Assembly: GCA_026713605.1 (NCBI GenBank)
Contig: JAPOOC010000008.1
Coordinates: forward strand, 16,889 to 80,888
DNA: 64,000 nt
From: Candidatus Kaiserbacteria bacterium
GTDB taxonomy: Bacteria; Patescibacteriota; Minisyncoccia; Phycocordibacterales; JABAAK01
Direction of reading: 5' to 3'
Shown: positions 49,972 to 59,840 of the stretch, one piece after another
How positions within the stretch are numbered: position 1 is the stretch's first letter
How the letters are laid out: the number at the start of each line of letters is the position of its first letter
Notes under the pieces: model-generated
Seen by the model: the letters and a program-made list of their open reading frames with translations, nothing else
The model's database searches: none
Told to the model about the DNA's origin: nothing
Translations under genes and position numbers: made by a program

Positions 49972-50496
49972 ATGGAGATTCCCGTGACTTTTCTTTCGTT
50001 GATTGAAAACTACCTTGTCGGGGTACTGCTCGGTGTGTCTACCTTGGCTGTCATTTCGTATGGCATTGGTTTGCGATTTGGGTATCCGCAAGAGGGGATA
50101 GGGCAGGCACTTATTCAAAGTATCTATACTGTTCTCCGCCTGTTTCATATCTTTTTTGCAATCTTGGTGGCACTCTACATTATTATATTTGGTATTCTTG
50201 ATGGTGTTCCAGAGGTCTGGTATGAGTATGGTGTGAAGGCGGCCGTGCTGACAGTGAATGCAGTTATAGCGTTTGGTATGACTCGGTGGCGTAAGGTGTT
50301 TCCTGTTGACTACGCTGCACCGGCAATTGGTGCGGGGTGGTACTTTTTGGCATCGTATCACTCTTATTACAGCGCAGTGGGTGTGCAGGCGACTGGTGTT
50401 GTTGATGCGGCGGTGCTGTACTTCGCACTCTTTGGGATTTTCCAACTCGTGTTTCTTGCCCTGCGGCATTTTGTGCGCCCCATTGATGCAGGGTGA
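49972..50496 (+). CDS. Membrane protein
   Basis: About 5 TM segments; operonic spacing. Confidence 0.75.
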   Translation: MEIPVTFLSLIENYLVGVLLGVSTLAVISYGIGLRFGYPQEGIGQALIQSIYTVLRLFHIFFAILVALYIIIFGILDGVPEVWYEYGVKAAVLTVNAVIAFGMTRWRKVFPVDYAAPAIGAGWYFLASYHSYYSAVGVQATGVVDAAVLYFALFGIFQLVFLALRHFVRPIDAG

Positions 50497-50522
50497 GGTA
50501 AAATACTAACAACCATATATTT

Positions 50523-51128
50523 ATGAGCACACAAAAAACAAAAATTTTTCTCCTGAACGCGAACCCAGTGCCGACATCATTTTCATATGCGTGTAGCAAT
50601 GCCTACCACTGTACGGCAGAGCAAGCGGGTGCTGAGGTGATGCGATTTAACATTGAAGAAATGGATTTTGATCCCGTGTTGCATAAGGGGTATGAGGAGA
50701 TTCAGGAATTGGAGCCAGATCTCTTAAAGTTTCAGCAGGCAATTTCCCTCGCAGACCATCTTGTGTTTGTGTATCCGAATTGGTGGAATACCATGCCGGC
50801 AAAAATGAAAGGGCTGTTTGATCGAGCATTCTTACCACAGTTTGCTTTCTCTTTTGAAAATGATACCTTTACGCCGCTTCTCACCGGAAGGAGTGGTCGG
50901 ATTATTAATATCGTTGGATCGGCGCATCCCTTCCTCCTCTGGTGTACTATTGGTTCCTACACTAATGAGCTGTCGAAGGGTATCCTTCGCGCTTGCGGGG
51001 TAAAGCCGGTTGTTACTACCAGTTTTGGTCCAACCCGAGGGTCATCAGACGAGGGGCGGGAGAAATGGATTGACCAAGTGCGTACTATGGCGGCAAAAGA
51101 TGCTCGAGCGTTCGCCAAGCGCCCTTAG
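50523..51128 (+). CDS. Flavodoxin-fold NAD(P)H:quinone oxidoreductase
   Basis: ANP..SFS, YPNWWNTMPAKMKGLFDR. Confidence 0.9.
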   Translation: MSTQKTKIFLLNANPVPTSFSYACSNAYHCTAEQAGAEVMRFNIEEMDFDPVLHKGYEEIQELEPDLLKFQQAISLADHLVFVYPNWWNTMPAKMKGLFDRAFLPQFAFSFENDTFTPLLTGRSGRIINIVGSAHPFLLWCTIGSYTNELSKGILRACGVKPVVTTSFGPTRGSSDEGREKWIDQVRTMAAKDARAFAKRP

Positions 51129-51368
51129 TGCGGGTTTTGCCTTTCGTATGAGGTGGTGATTATAGGTGGGTGTGGGGTATGCATAAAATTAGACCCATAA
51201 GCCATTATTAGCAGATTTTCCGTTTTATATTGCTTTATAGATTTTTTATTTGGCATACTATGTATATAATTGTATATAATTCTCAAAGCATGTCTTGCCT
51301 CAACAACCTGCGACAGATATTGCAAGGAAAAGGGATAGTTTTAGCATAATGAGTGCATAAATATTACT

Positions 51369-51884
51369 ATGGAACTGCTACTATTTTTTATCACACTTTT
51401 TCTTCTTTTTTTAGTGTTTAGAAAGAAGCGGTCGCCTAAAAAAATATCCAAAGTACCGGATGTGTATGTGCCGCATGTGCGAAAAAAGCAATATTTCTTT
51501 ACGAGGAATGAACGATTGCTGTATGATTGCCTGTATCGCATTATACATAACAACGAGGCATATGATTTGTTCTCCAAGGTGCGTTGGGAGGATGTGTGGA
51601 CAGCAATTGATTGGCGCGACCGTGGCTATATTAGATCAAGACACATTGACTTTGTTATTTTCTCTAGAAAAACTGGAGAGATCGTGATGGTGGTTGAGTT
51701 ACATGGACAGGAACACTACACTAATCAGAAGCGAATTGAAAGAGACAGCCGTTTGGAGTGGATGTGTATTAATACTCACACAAAGTTGCTGGTTATTCGG
51801 AGTAGGAAGGAGTACAGCCACGATGCAATTAAAGGGGTGTTGAACAAATGCATCGCCAGTAAAGATACGGTTCATAAGTACTGA
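51369..51884 (+). CDS. DUF2726-like membrane-anchored protein
   Basis: N-terminal TM, KVRWED, HIDFVI, VVELHG..H, RD. Confidence 0.85.
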   Translation: MELLLFFITLFLLFLVFRKKRSPKKISKVPDVYVPHVRKKQYFFTRNERLLYDCLYRIIHNNEAYDLFSKVRWEDVWTAIDWRDRGYIRSRHIDFVIFSRKTGEIVMVVELHGQEHYTNQKRIERDSRLEWMCINTHTKLLVIRSRKEYSHDAIKGVLNKCIASKDTVHKY

Positions 51885-51963
51885 AACCCAACCTTTGCTA
51901 GACACGGTTTGACGGGCTGGACCTACTATTTAGCATATTTTTGTATGGGGTATACTGTCTGTA

Positions 51964-52557
51964 ATGAATCAAACAGAAGTATTGTCCGATGAGGTTGTTA
52001 CTCGGGTGCAGTTAATACGATATATCCTTGATCAGTTGGGTGGGAGGTGTGAATCTCTGAAATTAGTAAAACTCGTGGCGCTTTCTGATATCTATAAGTT
52101 GCGACGAGACGGTGAGACCATAACAAAGGATCGGTATGTTGCGATGAAAAATGGGCCGGCACCGTCTGTCACTGCAAATATTATCAGGTTTGATGATGGC
52201 TGGGTTGACGGGTCTGCTTTGGACTATGCGGGAGAGTACATAGAAACATGCAACACAGAAGTTTCTGCGAAAGATGTGCCAATGGAATACGACTACCTTT
52301 CAGATTTTGACAAAGAATGTGCTGACTATGTGGTGAGGAAATATGGAAATCTTTCGGCGAAGGATTTAATAGAAGGGAATGGTGGGGAGAATGTGCATGC
52401 ATTTGAGGCGTGGAAAAAGCATGGTGTGCGTGACTATGGTGTTGGGCAGGTGAAGCAGATACAGATGGAGGATTTTTTTGAAAATGATGGGCTGGTACAG
52501 GTAGACGAAGAAGATATACAAAAAGCGAGGGAGCGACATCTTTATGGCGATGTTTAA
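51964..52557 (+). CDS. Panacea (DUF4065/SocA) domain protein, no adjacent toxin evident
   Basis: KLVKLVALSD, YVAMKNGPAPS, H...AWKK. Confidence 0.82.
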   Translation: MNQTEVLSDEVVTRVQLIRYILDQLGGRCESLKLVKLVALSDIYKLRRDGETITKDRYVAMKNGPAPSVTANIIRFDDGWVDGSALDYAGEYIETCNTEVSAKDVPMEYDYLSDFDKECADYVVRKYGNLSAKDLIEGNGGENVHAFEAWKKHGVRDYGVGQVKQIQMEDFFENDGLVQVDEEDIQKARERHLYGDV

Positions 52558-52682
52558 GAGGCAAGATGTAAAGAGTTTTTGAGGAGTAAATGCTTGTATT
52601 TGGTTATCCACAGGTATTTTAGGTGGGGTGGGGTGGGGTATATACTGGTATTGTTAGTAATTATAATAATTTTTTTAATACT

Positions 52683-53249
52683 ATGAATAATGAAAATAAT
52701 AATAGAAATAGGGGTTTCACCTTGATTGAGTTGCTCATTGTTATCGCTATCATTGGTGTGTTGGCGGCGACGGTGGTGGTATCGCTCGGAAGTCAGACAG
52801 ATCACGCAAAAGAAGGTTCACTAAAAATTGGTGTATCGTCTGTTCGATCGCTTGCGACTGTTGAGGCAACATCGCCATCAAAAGGAAATGACCTTAGTGG
52901 TACTAAGTTGTGTTCGTATATATATGGTAAGGTTTCTGGTGAAAAAGAAGATTGGACATGGAAGGCTAGTGTAGTTAATGATGCCATCAGCGGTACTCCT
53001 GTCATTTGCAGTGCTGATGATTCTACAACGAAAGAAAAGTCCGGCGAGATTTGTTGCTCGGCTGATGGTAACAAATGGGTGATTTGGAGTGCTCTGCCTA
53101 CGGCGGATGGTACTGGCGCCGAAAAAGATGTTTACTGCGCTGATAGTTCTGGGTTTACAGGTGAGGTAGAGTTGCAGGCAGACAGTGGAAGTGCGTCTAC
53201 GAAAGTGACGGATGGGCGGTCGTCGGATAATCCTACATCCTGTCAGTAG
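52683..53249 (+). CDS. Type IV pilin-like protein
   Basis: GFTLIELLIVIAIIGVLA N-methylation motif; 6 Cys. Confidence 0.93.
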   Translation: MNNENNNRNRGFTLIELLIVIAIIGVLAATVVVSLGSQTDHAKEGSLKIGVSSVRSLATVEATSPSKGNDLSGTKLCSYIYGKVSGEKEDWTWKASVVNDAISGTPVICSADDSTTKEKSGEICCSADGNKWVIWSALPTADGTGAEKDVYCADSSGFTGEVELQADSGSASTKVTDGRSSDNPTSCQ

Positions 53250-53266
53250 AAAATAGTTTGTACTGT

Positions 53267-53815
53267 ATGCTGAATATTGGACAGACAAGACAAAAGAATG
53301 CAGTAGGGGGTTTTACCTTGATTGAGCTTTTGATTGTGATTGCAATTATTGGAGTATTGGCAGCCACTGTTCTTGTTGTGCTGGGGAGTCAGACAAACAG
53401 TGCGACTGAAGGTAGTGTGCGGTTGAGTGTGTCCAGTATGCGAACCTTGGCGTATTCTGAGGTGGCGATAAACACAAAACTTTCTGGGCAGGCGTTGTGC
53501 AACGGCATATATGGCAGGGTTTCTGGTGAAAAAGATGGTTGGGAGTGGACGAATACACGAACATGTGAGCAAGGTGATTTGATCGCTGCAAGCGGTTTAA
53601 CGCAGGCCGCCGCAAGATCGAGCAATGCGAATGCTGCGGCAGGGGAGATTTGTTGTTTCTCAAGTAACACTGATTGGGTGATTTGGGGTGCTTTACCTAC
53701 GGCGGATGGTACTGGTGCCACCGAAGACGATATTTATTGCGCTGATAGCAAGGGGTTTCTTGGCAAGCATAAGGGTAGGCCTCAAGCAACTGGTACCAAT
53801 GCGAAATGTAAGTAA
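53267..53815 (+). CDS. Type IV pilin-like protein (paralog)
   Basis: GFTLIELLIVIAIIGVLA; same Cys pattern. Confidence 0.93.
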   Translation: MLNIGQTRQKNAVGGFTLIELLIVIAIIGVLAATVLVVLGSQTNSATEGSVRLSVSSMRTLAYSEVAINTKLSGQALCNGIYGRVSGEKDGWEWTNTRTCEQGDLIAASGLTQAAARSSNANAAAGEICCFSSNTDWVIWGALPTADGTGATEDDIYCADSKGFLGKHKGRPQATGTNAKCK

Positions 53816-53847
53816 TTCTTGATCGGTTGATTTTGGCAACATTAGAC

Positions 53848-53880
53848 AAAAAACGAGCGAAAACCATTCGCTCGTTTTTT
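53848..53880. terminator. Bidirectional terminator, repeated at about 56594-56626
   Basis: AAAAACGAGCGAAAACCATTCGCTCGTTTTTT. Confidence 0.8.
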
Positions 53881-53916
53881 CTTGTGATTTTTATGGTGCT
53901 GTGTTAGAGTATTGTT

Positions 53917-54273
53917 ATGAATGATGCACCTAATGAAACAGAAAAACTCAACCGGAAAGAAATCGCCATTATGGTGGTGGGTGTACTTCTTGGATTGTCA
54001 GGAGGCATGGTATCAGATTACATTACTATGTTTCATAAGGAGATATTTCTGAAAAACCCTTTTGGATTTTCTTTGGTTGTTGTTTTCGTGGTTTCCGTCT
54101 TTGTCGCTTTTATTTTCATGCTGTTACATACTGATCTCTGGAAATCAACCCTTTTGTGTTCTGCGGTAACAGTTTTGAAAAAAGTGTGGAAGAGCTGTCT
54201 ATTTATTGTTGTACCTCTTTGTGCTTTGATTCTCCTTTCTTTCTGTTACGGTTACCAGATGGCAATGGGGTAA
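53917..54273 (+). CDS. Three-TM membrane protein, copy A
   Basis: Near-identical paralog at 56156-56518. Confidence 0.8.
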   Translation: MNDAPNETEKLNRKEIAIMVVGVLLGLSGGMVSDYITMFHKEIFLKNPFGFSLVVVFVVSVFVAFIFMLLHTDLWKSTLLCSAVTVLKKVWKSCLFIVVPLCALILLSFCYGYQMAMG

Positions 54274-54342
54274 CGAATGTAAATCCGAATCTAATGTCTC
54301 ATGTTACTTTTTGTGTGCTATACTAAAAAGTATCATATAGGT

Positions 54343-54522
54343 ATGTATTACTTAAAAAAAATATTGAATTTGTTTTGGCGTGTGATAAAGGAATCATCAA
54401 CAGAAGAAACTTTATACGCAAAACGACAGGGAGAAACACTCCGTCGTCTCTACTGGCTTGCCAGCTTTGTTGTGATTGGCGTTGCCTGCATCGGTGTTAT
54501 TGCTATGGCAGTTATTGGCTGA
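54343..54522 (+). CDS. Small protein with C-terminal TM
   Basis: Own TGCTATACT promoter; promoter block repeated at about 54580-54606. Confidence 0.6.
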   Translation: MYYLKKILNLFWRVIKESSTEETLYAKRQGETLRRLYWLASFVVIGVACIGVIAMAVIG

Positions 54523-54743
54523 CAGTACTCAAACCTCCTGAAGTATCTGCCGACACCATTTTGTAGGTCTTGTCTTATATTACTTTTTGTGTGCTATACT
54601 AAAAAGAATCAAATCTATTGTTAAAATTAACAATCAGCGAACGGGTTGCAGTATTCCTTATCATCCTTTGTACTCTGATTGGACCTGCTAATGCTTATAT
54701 TGCGCGTAGCATACCTCTTCCGGAGGCGAATGTAATTTTTTAC

Positions 54744-54883
54744 CCGCTAAAAGTTTGGGTTGATGCCGCTGTGCGGCGTCGAAACAAGTATTGGTGTGAG
54801 ATCAGGTTAGAATCCACTGTAGAAGTTCTCGGTGATGGTTTCGGGTATCTCTGTGTTGGAGACATAGCAGGTGGTGAGTTTTT
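54744..54883. repeat. Copy of the M16 peptidase 3' end and downstream flank
   Basis: Direct repeat of 56813-56955. Confidence 0.93.
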
Positions 54884-54959
54884 GGATATTACGGATATGT
54901 TTTTTACAATTCGTGGTATACTTTTTGTTGATGATAGTGGACCACCTAATAAATTAGAC

Positions 54960-55238
54960 ATGAAAAATTATACAAAAGTTGCTGTGCTTGTTGGCTTACC
55001 GTATGTTGCAATTATGGCAGCGGTTCATGGATTTGGTTGGTTTTTAGTACTTGCGATTGTCGGTATACTTTACTTCCTACCAACTATCTGTGCGCTCAAT
55101 GCAAAGCACCACAATGTTGATGCCATAGCGATAGTAAACCTATTCCTTGGGTGGACTTTTGTTGGATGGGTAGTTGCACTTGCCATGGCTGTAACGAAAA
55201 GTGAGAAGAATCAAAAACAAAAAGACAATAGAGTGTAA
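54960..55238 (+). CDS. Superinfection immunity protein (T4 Imm family)
   Basis: LYFLPTI.A...H.N..AI..VNLFLGWTFVGWVVAL. Confidence 0.88.
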   Translation: MKNYTKVAVLVGLPYVAIMAAVHGFGWFLVLAIVGILYFLPTICALNAKHHNVDAIAIVNLFLGWTFVGWVVALAMAVTKSEKNQKQKDNRV

Positions 55239-55347
55239 GCAGTGGCGGAAAAAATTTCTTGCTGTCTTAATAAAAATTCAGATGGTAATATCAAAGGGTC
55301 TGGGATTATACAGTTTTCAGATTTATAATATTGTGATTGCGGGTATC

Positions 55348-55455
55348 AAAAAAAGACCTCAAATTTTTGAGATCTTGATCTTCTTTTGAGGTCAGCTTCC
55401 GCAAAGCGGTACCTGCCATTCGCTTAGAGGGCAGTTAGACATAAGCCCGCCGACC
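55348..55455 (-). ncRNA. Putative ~108-nt structured RNA / attenuator
   Basis: TTGACT-17-TACACT promoter, three-stem fold, terminator with U7. Confidence 0.6.
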
Positions 55456-55683
55456 AGTTTCAGTGTATTGTTAACCCCGAAAAAAGTCAAGCAATTTTCC
55501 ACACCGATTGTCTTATGTGTGTGGGCGAGGTCTATTTATGTGGGTATTGGCGTATTAAAAATATGTACTGGTTTTTCAGGGGCGGAGAGGGTGAGCGTGA
55601 CAATATCCACATAGGAGGTTAGATTTGAGCAGGGTGAGTGTAGTATAGGGGTGTGCATATACTGTTAAGAATATTGTAGTCCT

Positions 55684-55848
55684 ATGTTTTTATCTCTTTT
55701 TAAGAAAAAAAATCTTCAGGTCTCTAATAAGGAAAGAGAGATATTGCGTCATTTTATTGATCGAGAGATTGAGAACATCAAGATGTTTGGTCCCGCAGAA
55801 GATTCTTACCAGGAGAATATACAAAGTTTAAAAGCTAAGCTTTCTTAG
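55684..55848 (+). CDS. Small hypothetical protein (54 aa)
   Basis: Manual translation MFLSLFKKKNLQVSNKEREILRHFIDREIE... Confidence 0.45.
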   Translation: MFLSLFKKKNLQVSNKEREILRHFIDREIENIKMFGPAEDSYQENIQSLKAKLS

Positions 55849-56040
55849 TTTGTGTTGTATGTTTGTTACTTGCGACGAATCCGGTGTTGGAGATCGTTTC
55901 TTTGTGTTGGGGTCTGCTTGGGTTCCAAAGGAAAATGTTTCAACATTTGAAAAATCTGTTTCTGAATTACGGCTACGCTTGAAAATTTTGAAAAGTTAAC
56001 TACTTGGTTAAAATTTTTAGGAATGATATGTGGTGTGTTC

Positions 56041-56119
56041 TAAAATCCACTACTGTAGAAGTTCTCGGTGATGGTTTCGGGTATCTCTGTGTTGGAGACA
56101 TAGCAGGTGGTGAGTTTTT
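56041..56119. repeat. Second copy of the M16 peptidase 3' end
   Basis: Direct repeat of 56880-56955 with a 3-nt insertion. Confidence 0.92.
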
Positions 56120-56155
56120 CTTGTGATTTTTATGGTGTTGTGTTAGAATATTGTT

Positions 56156-56518
56156 ATGAATGATGTACCTAATGAAACAGAAATAGAAAAACTCACCTCG
56201 AAAGAAATCGCCCTTATGGTGGTGGGTGTACTTCTTGGATTGTCAGGAGGCATGGTATCAGATTACATTACTATGTTTCATAGGGATATATTTCTGGAAA
56301 ACCCTTTTTTGTTTTCTTCGGTTGCTGTTTCTGTGGTTTTTGTCTTTGTTGCTTCTATTTTCATGTTGCTACATACTGATCTCTGGAAATCAAACTTTTT
56401 GTGTTTTGCGGTAATAGTTTTGAAAAAAGTGTGGAAGAGTTGTCTATTTATTGTTGTGCCTCTTTGTGCTTTGATTCTCCTTTCTTTCTGTTACGGTTAC
56501 CAGATGCTAATGGGGTAA
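56156..56518 (+). CDS. Three-TM membrane protein, copy A'
   Basis: Paralog of 53917-54273 including both flanks. Confidence 0.8.
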   Translation: MNDVPNETEIEKLTSKEIALMVVGVLLGLSGGMVSDYITMFHRDIFLENPFLFSSVAVSVVFVFVASIFMLLHTDLWKSNFLCFAVIVLKKVWKSCLFIVVPLCALILLSFCYGYQMLMG

Positions 56519-56878
56519 CGAATGTAAATCCGAATCTGAAGCACAATAACTAAAAAAGCGCATACATCCGTTTGATATAATGAATATAATAAAAAAAAAC
56601 GAGCGAAAACCATTCGCTCGTTTTTTGTTTCTTGCAGTTTTTGTTGGTTTGGTGTAGTATATGAATAATCAAAGTGGGTTCAAGTTAAAAACAATTTTCA
56701 GATTAAGGTTTTGGCTATCATTGTTGTAATTGGTACGATAGTTGGGGTTATCCTCTGCTTTGCATTGACTTGCCCAAGTGCTCGTACGGCGTGTATTCAT
56801 AATAATATAGCACCGCTAAAAGTTTGGGTTGATACCGCTGTGCGGCGTCGAAACAACAAGCGCTGGTGTGAGATCAGG

Positions 56879-58153
56879 TTAGAATCCACTGTAGAAGTTC
56901 TCGGTGATGGTTTCGGGTATCTCTGTGTTGGAGACATAGCAGGTGGTGAGTTTTTTGTTGTCCAGTATGCTGTTGGCGATGCGTTGTACATCGTCGGCTG
57001 TGACGGCGAGGATGTTTCGCTTATACTCTTCGTTGTTTTCAGGTGTGCCGCTTTGGGCGTAGGCATGCATTTGTTCACTTGCGATGGCACTCTTACTTTC
57101 TTGTTGTACGGCGTTGAGCCCGAGTAGAAATTCTTTGGCTTTTTTGAGTTCTGCTTCTGGTACGGGTGTTTTTTTGATTATGGCGCATTCATCAGCGATT
57201 GCTCCCATCACCTCTGTTGTTCGCTTTCCGCCGATGCCGGTGTAGATGGCGAACTCTCCAGTGTGGGTCATGAGGTCAATGAGCGTTTTGATGGTGTAAC
57301 ATGCGCCCAACTTCTCTCGCACTCGGAGAAAGAGGCGGGAACTCATTGAGCCGCCGAAGATAACATCAAACACTTCGGTTGTGTGGCGGTCTGTGCTGTT
57401 GTATGAGGGGGTGTAGCCGCCTATGACGATATGTGTTTGCTCTAGGTCGTTGCGTACGATGGAGCGATGGGTTTCTTTTGGTGCTGTTGGTGATACGGTT
57501 GCCTGTGCGGATTGTTCACCTTGCCTTGTGTCGCTGTATAGTTTTTCTAATTTTTGTAGCGTGCTGTCACGATCAAACTTTCCGGCAATAGAGATGATGG
57601 TGTTTTTTGCCGTGTAATGTTTTTGGAGAAAGTGCGTGAAGTTATCTCTGGAGAATGAGGCGACTGATTCTTCCGTTCCTAAGATTGGGTGTCCTGCGGC
57701 GGTGTCGTGGAAGAGTGATTGATTTACCTCGTCAAATGCTCGTGATGGCGGATCGTCACGATACATCGCTATTTCCTCAATGATCACCTTTTTCTCTTTG
57801 TCCAGTTCATTTGCGGGGAATAGGGAGTATAAGAAAATATCAGCAGTTAGGTGGAGCATGTCCTGGAGCCGTTCTGCTCGTCCGGACATGTGGTAGGCGG
57901 TGTATTCCCGATCGGTATACGCATTTGCTACTAATCCTGATTCATCCATACGGGTTACCAGCTCTTGATTTGTGGGGTAGGTTTTTGTCCCCTTGAAGCA
58001 CATATGTTCAAAGAAGTGTGCCAAGCCGTATTCGTTTTTTTCTTCATTGTTTGCGCCGATTGCGACGCCGACCAGCACGCATGCCGTCTCTGCTCGGTCA
58101 TCCGTACTTAGTAGCACCGTAATACCATTTTTCAATGTCTGTGTTTCAGTCAT
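56879..58153 (-). CDS. M16 family zinc peptidase
   Basis: GLAHFFEHMCFKGT, NAYT, SSRLFLRVREKLG..Y. Confidence 0.95.
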   Translation of the reverse strand: MTETQTLKNGITVLLSTDDRAETACVLVGVAIGANNEEKNEYGLAHFFEHMCFKGTKTYPTNQELVTRMDESGLVANAYTDREYTAYHMSGRAERLQDMLHLTADIFLYSLFPANELDKEKKVIIEEIAMYRDDPPSRAFDEVNQSLFHDTAAGHPILGTEESVASFSRDNFTHFLQKHYTAKNTIISIAGKFDRDSTLQKLEKLYSDTRQGEQSAQATVSPTAPKETHRSIVRNDLEQTHIVIGGYTPSYNSTDRHTTEVFDVIFGGSMSSRLFLRVREKLGACYTIKTLIDLMTHTGEFAIYTGIGGKRTTEVMGAIADECAIIKKTPVPEAELKKAKEFLLGLNAVQQESKSAIASEQMHAYAQSGTPENNEEYKRNILAVTADDVQRIANSILDNKKLTTCYVSNTEIPETITENFYSGF

Positions 58154-58156
58154 ATC

Positions 58157-59020
58157 TTATGCACCCTTTTTCTTTTTTGTGGCGTTGGTATGTTTTTTTG
58201 CGTATTCGTAGAGTATGTATAGCACAGAGAAGTAGAATGGTGTCAGGGCTCCTATGGTTAGCGCAAAGTTGAGTAGTGCTCCTCCTATGTCTCCCACGAG
58301 ATCGAAAAGTTTTTGTATTGGGATTCCGATAGTAGAATAGAGCAGTATGAATAGCAGTAGTAGCCAGGATACATCTTTTTTTGTCAGGGCGAATGATTCT
58401 TTAATGATCGTCCATGCTGCCTTGCTTTGATCTTCTGCCCATATAAAGAGTATGAAGATGGTTCGCAAAAATATAATGAAGGGTAGCAGGAGGAGTATCG
58501 CTGCAACCACCAGAAGTATCACGCCTGTTGTTGTAGCGTCAGACAGGGATTGTATTCCTCCGAACAGTAGGAGCATGCTCGGGATGCTTGCTACGAAACT
58601 GAGGATGTTGGCAAGTATTATCACGGGAAGTAATTTTATCCCACGAATAATACCGAACTTTATGGACTCACCGAATGAAGTGTTGTGTGTCAATACCCGT
58701 GCTTTGGCCGCAGTAGAGAATAGGGCAATTATCATCACTACCACCAGCATGACAATCACCACACTGATGGTGCCGATTGACGGTAGTGCTGTCAGTCCTT
58801 GTAGCGGTGCGTCACTGCCTCCTGATTCTATCGTTGCGTAGTCCGTGGTGTTTATATCACCCACTGCTGCCATTATGCCGGTGGCGAACAGTGGGGCAAG
58901 GAAAGCAAACAGTGTCAGTAGCAGTGCTACCAGAAATACGAAGTCAATACCGACCAGGCGACCCCACACTCTTTTGAGTGTTTGTGCTGTGTAATCAATG
59001 TATGATTCATTTTTTTTCAT
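58157..59020 (-). CDS. Multi-TM membrane protein
   Basis: About 6 TM segments; adjacent to the M16 peptidase. Confidence 0.8.
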   Translation of the reverse strand: MKKNESYIDYTAQTLKRVWGRLVGIDFVFLVALLLTLFAFLAPLFATGIMAAVGDINTTDYATIESGGSDAPLQGLTALPSIGTISVVIVMLVVVMIIALFSTAAKARVLTHNTSFGESIKFGIIRGIKLLPVIILANILSFVASIPSMLLLFGGIQSLSDATTTGVILLVVAAILLLLPFIIFLRTIFILFIWAEDQSKAAWTIIKESFALTKKDVSWLLLLFILLYSTIGIPIQKLFDLVGDIGGALLNFALTIGALTPFYFSVLYILYEYAKKHTNATKKKKGA

Positions 59021-59134
59021 GCGCATAAATAGTTATATACAAGTAATAGGAATTATGTTCATAGTATACCGTAGTTCTGGAAAGGTGTTGTTTTAGCTGA
59101 GGTGTGTATAGTATACTATTGAAAAGGGTGTTGT

Positions 59135-59797
59135 ATGATCACTGAACTTTTATTTTTGAGCGTTATCTGTATAGATTTGTTTTTCATATATCTCGCATGG
59201 CGGTTTGGCAAGTTGTATCTTGCGGTAACGCTTGTTATGAATATTGTCCTCACCGTCATCTTTGCCGGTCAGATTGTGCAGTTGTTCGGGACAATGGTTG
59301 GCTTAAGTGCTTTATTTTTTGCGCCTGTTTTTGTGATAACAAACATGGTGAACGAGCGATACGGCAAAACCGAGGCGAAAAGAATGATGCATATTGGCCT
59401 TTTTTCACTTGTTGTGTTGCTTGCGTTGCTGTATCTCGGCACCAGTATACCTTCGTCACTGGAGACCGCCGAAATGTCCGATGCGCTCGCTATACTATTT
59501 CACATTAGTGTTAGGATGGTTTTTGGCACCATCATCACCTACTATGTTGCGCAGCAGATAACTATCTACCTGTACCGAAAGATTGGTGACCTGACAAAAG
59601 GGAAGTTGCTTTGGCTCAGGCACAACGCGGCGATTATCATTGCGTTGGCGGCAGATAGCATCCTCTTTTACCCGATTGCCTTTTACGGCAATGTCTCACT
59701 AGAGACCCTCCTCACGATTACCATTACTGGTTGGCTTATCAAGTGCCTTGTCCCCATCCTTGCCACGCCGATTACCTATTTGATTAAGCGGCGGTAG
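59135..59797 (+). CDS. Queuosine precursor transporter (YhhQ/VUT family)
   Basis: NERYGK..AK, LWLRHN, DSILF..IAFYG. Confidence 0.88.
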   Translation: MITELLFLSVICIDLFFIYLAWRFGKLYLAVTLVMNIVLTVIFAGQIVQLFGTMVGLSALFFAPVFVITNMVNERYGKTEAKRMMHIGLFSLVVLLALLYLGTSIPSSLETAEMSDALAILFHISVRMVFGTIITYYVAQQITIYLYRKIGDLTKGKLLWLRHNAAIIIALAADSILFYPIAFYGNVSLETLLTITITGWLIKCLVPILATPITYLIKRR

Positions 59798-59840
59798 GTG
59801 TGCTTGGTTTGTTCCCATTGCGGTATACTGATAGTACTTT

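Noticed and set aside
56711-57127. 138-aa ORF similar to 54618-55238
   Set aside because: The similarity comes from the antisense M16 tail repeat; it overlaps the real peptidase by about 250 nt
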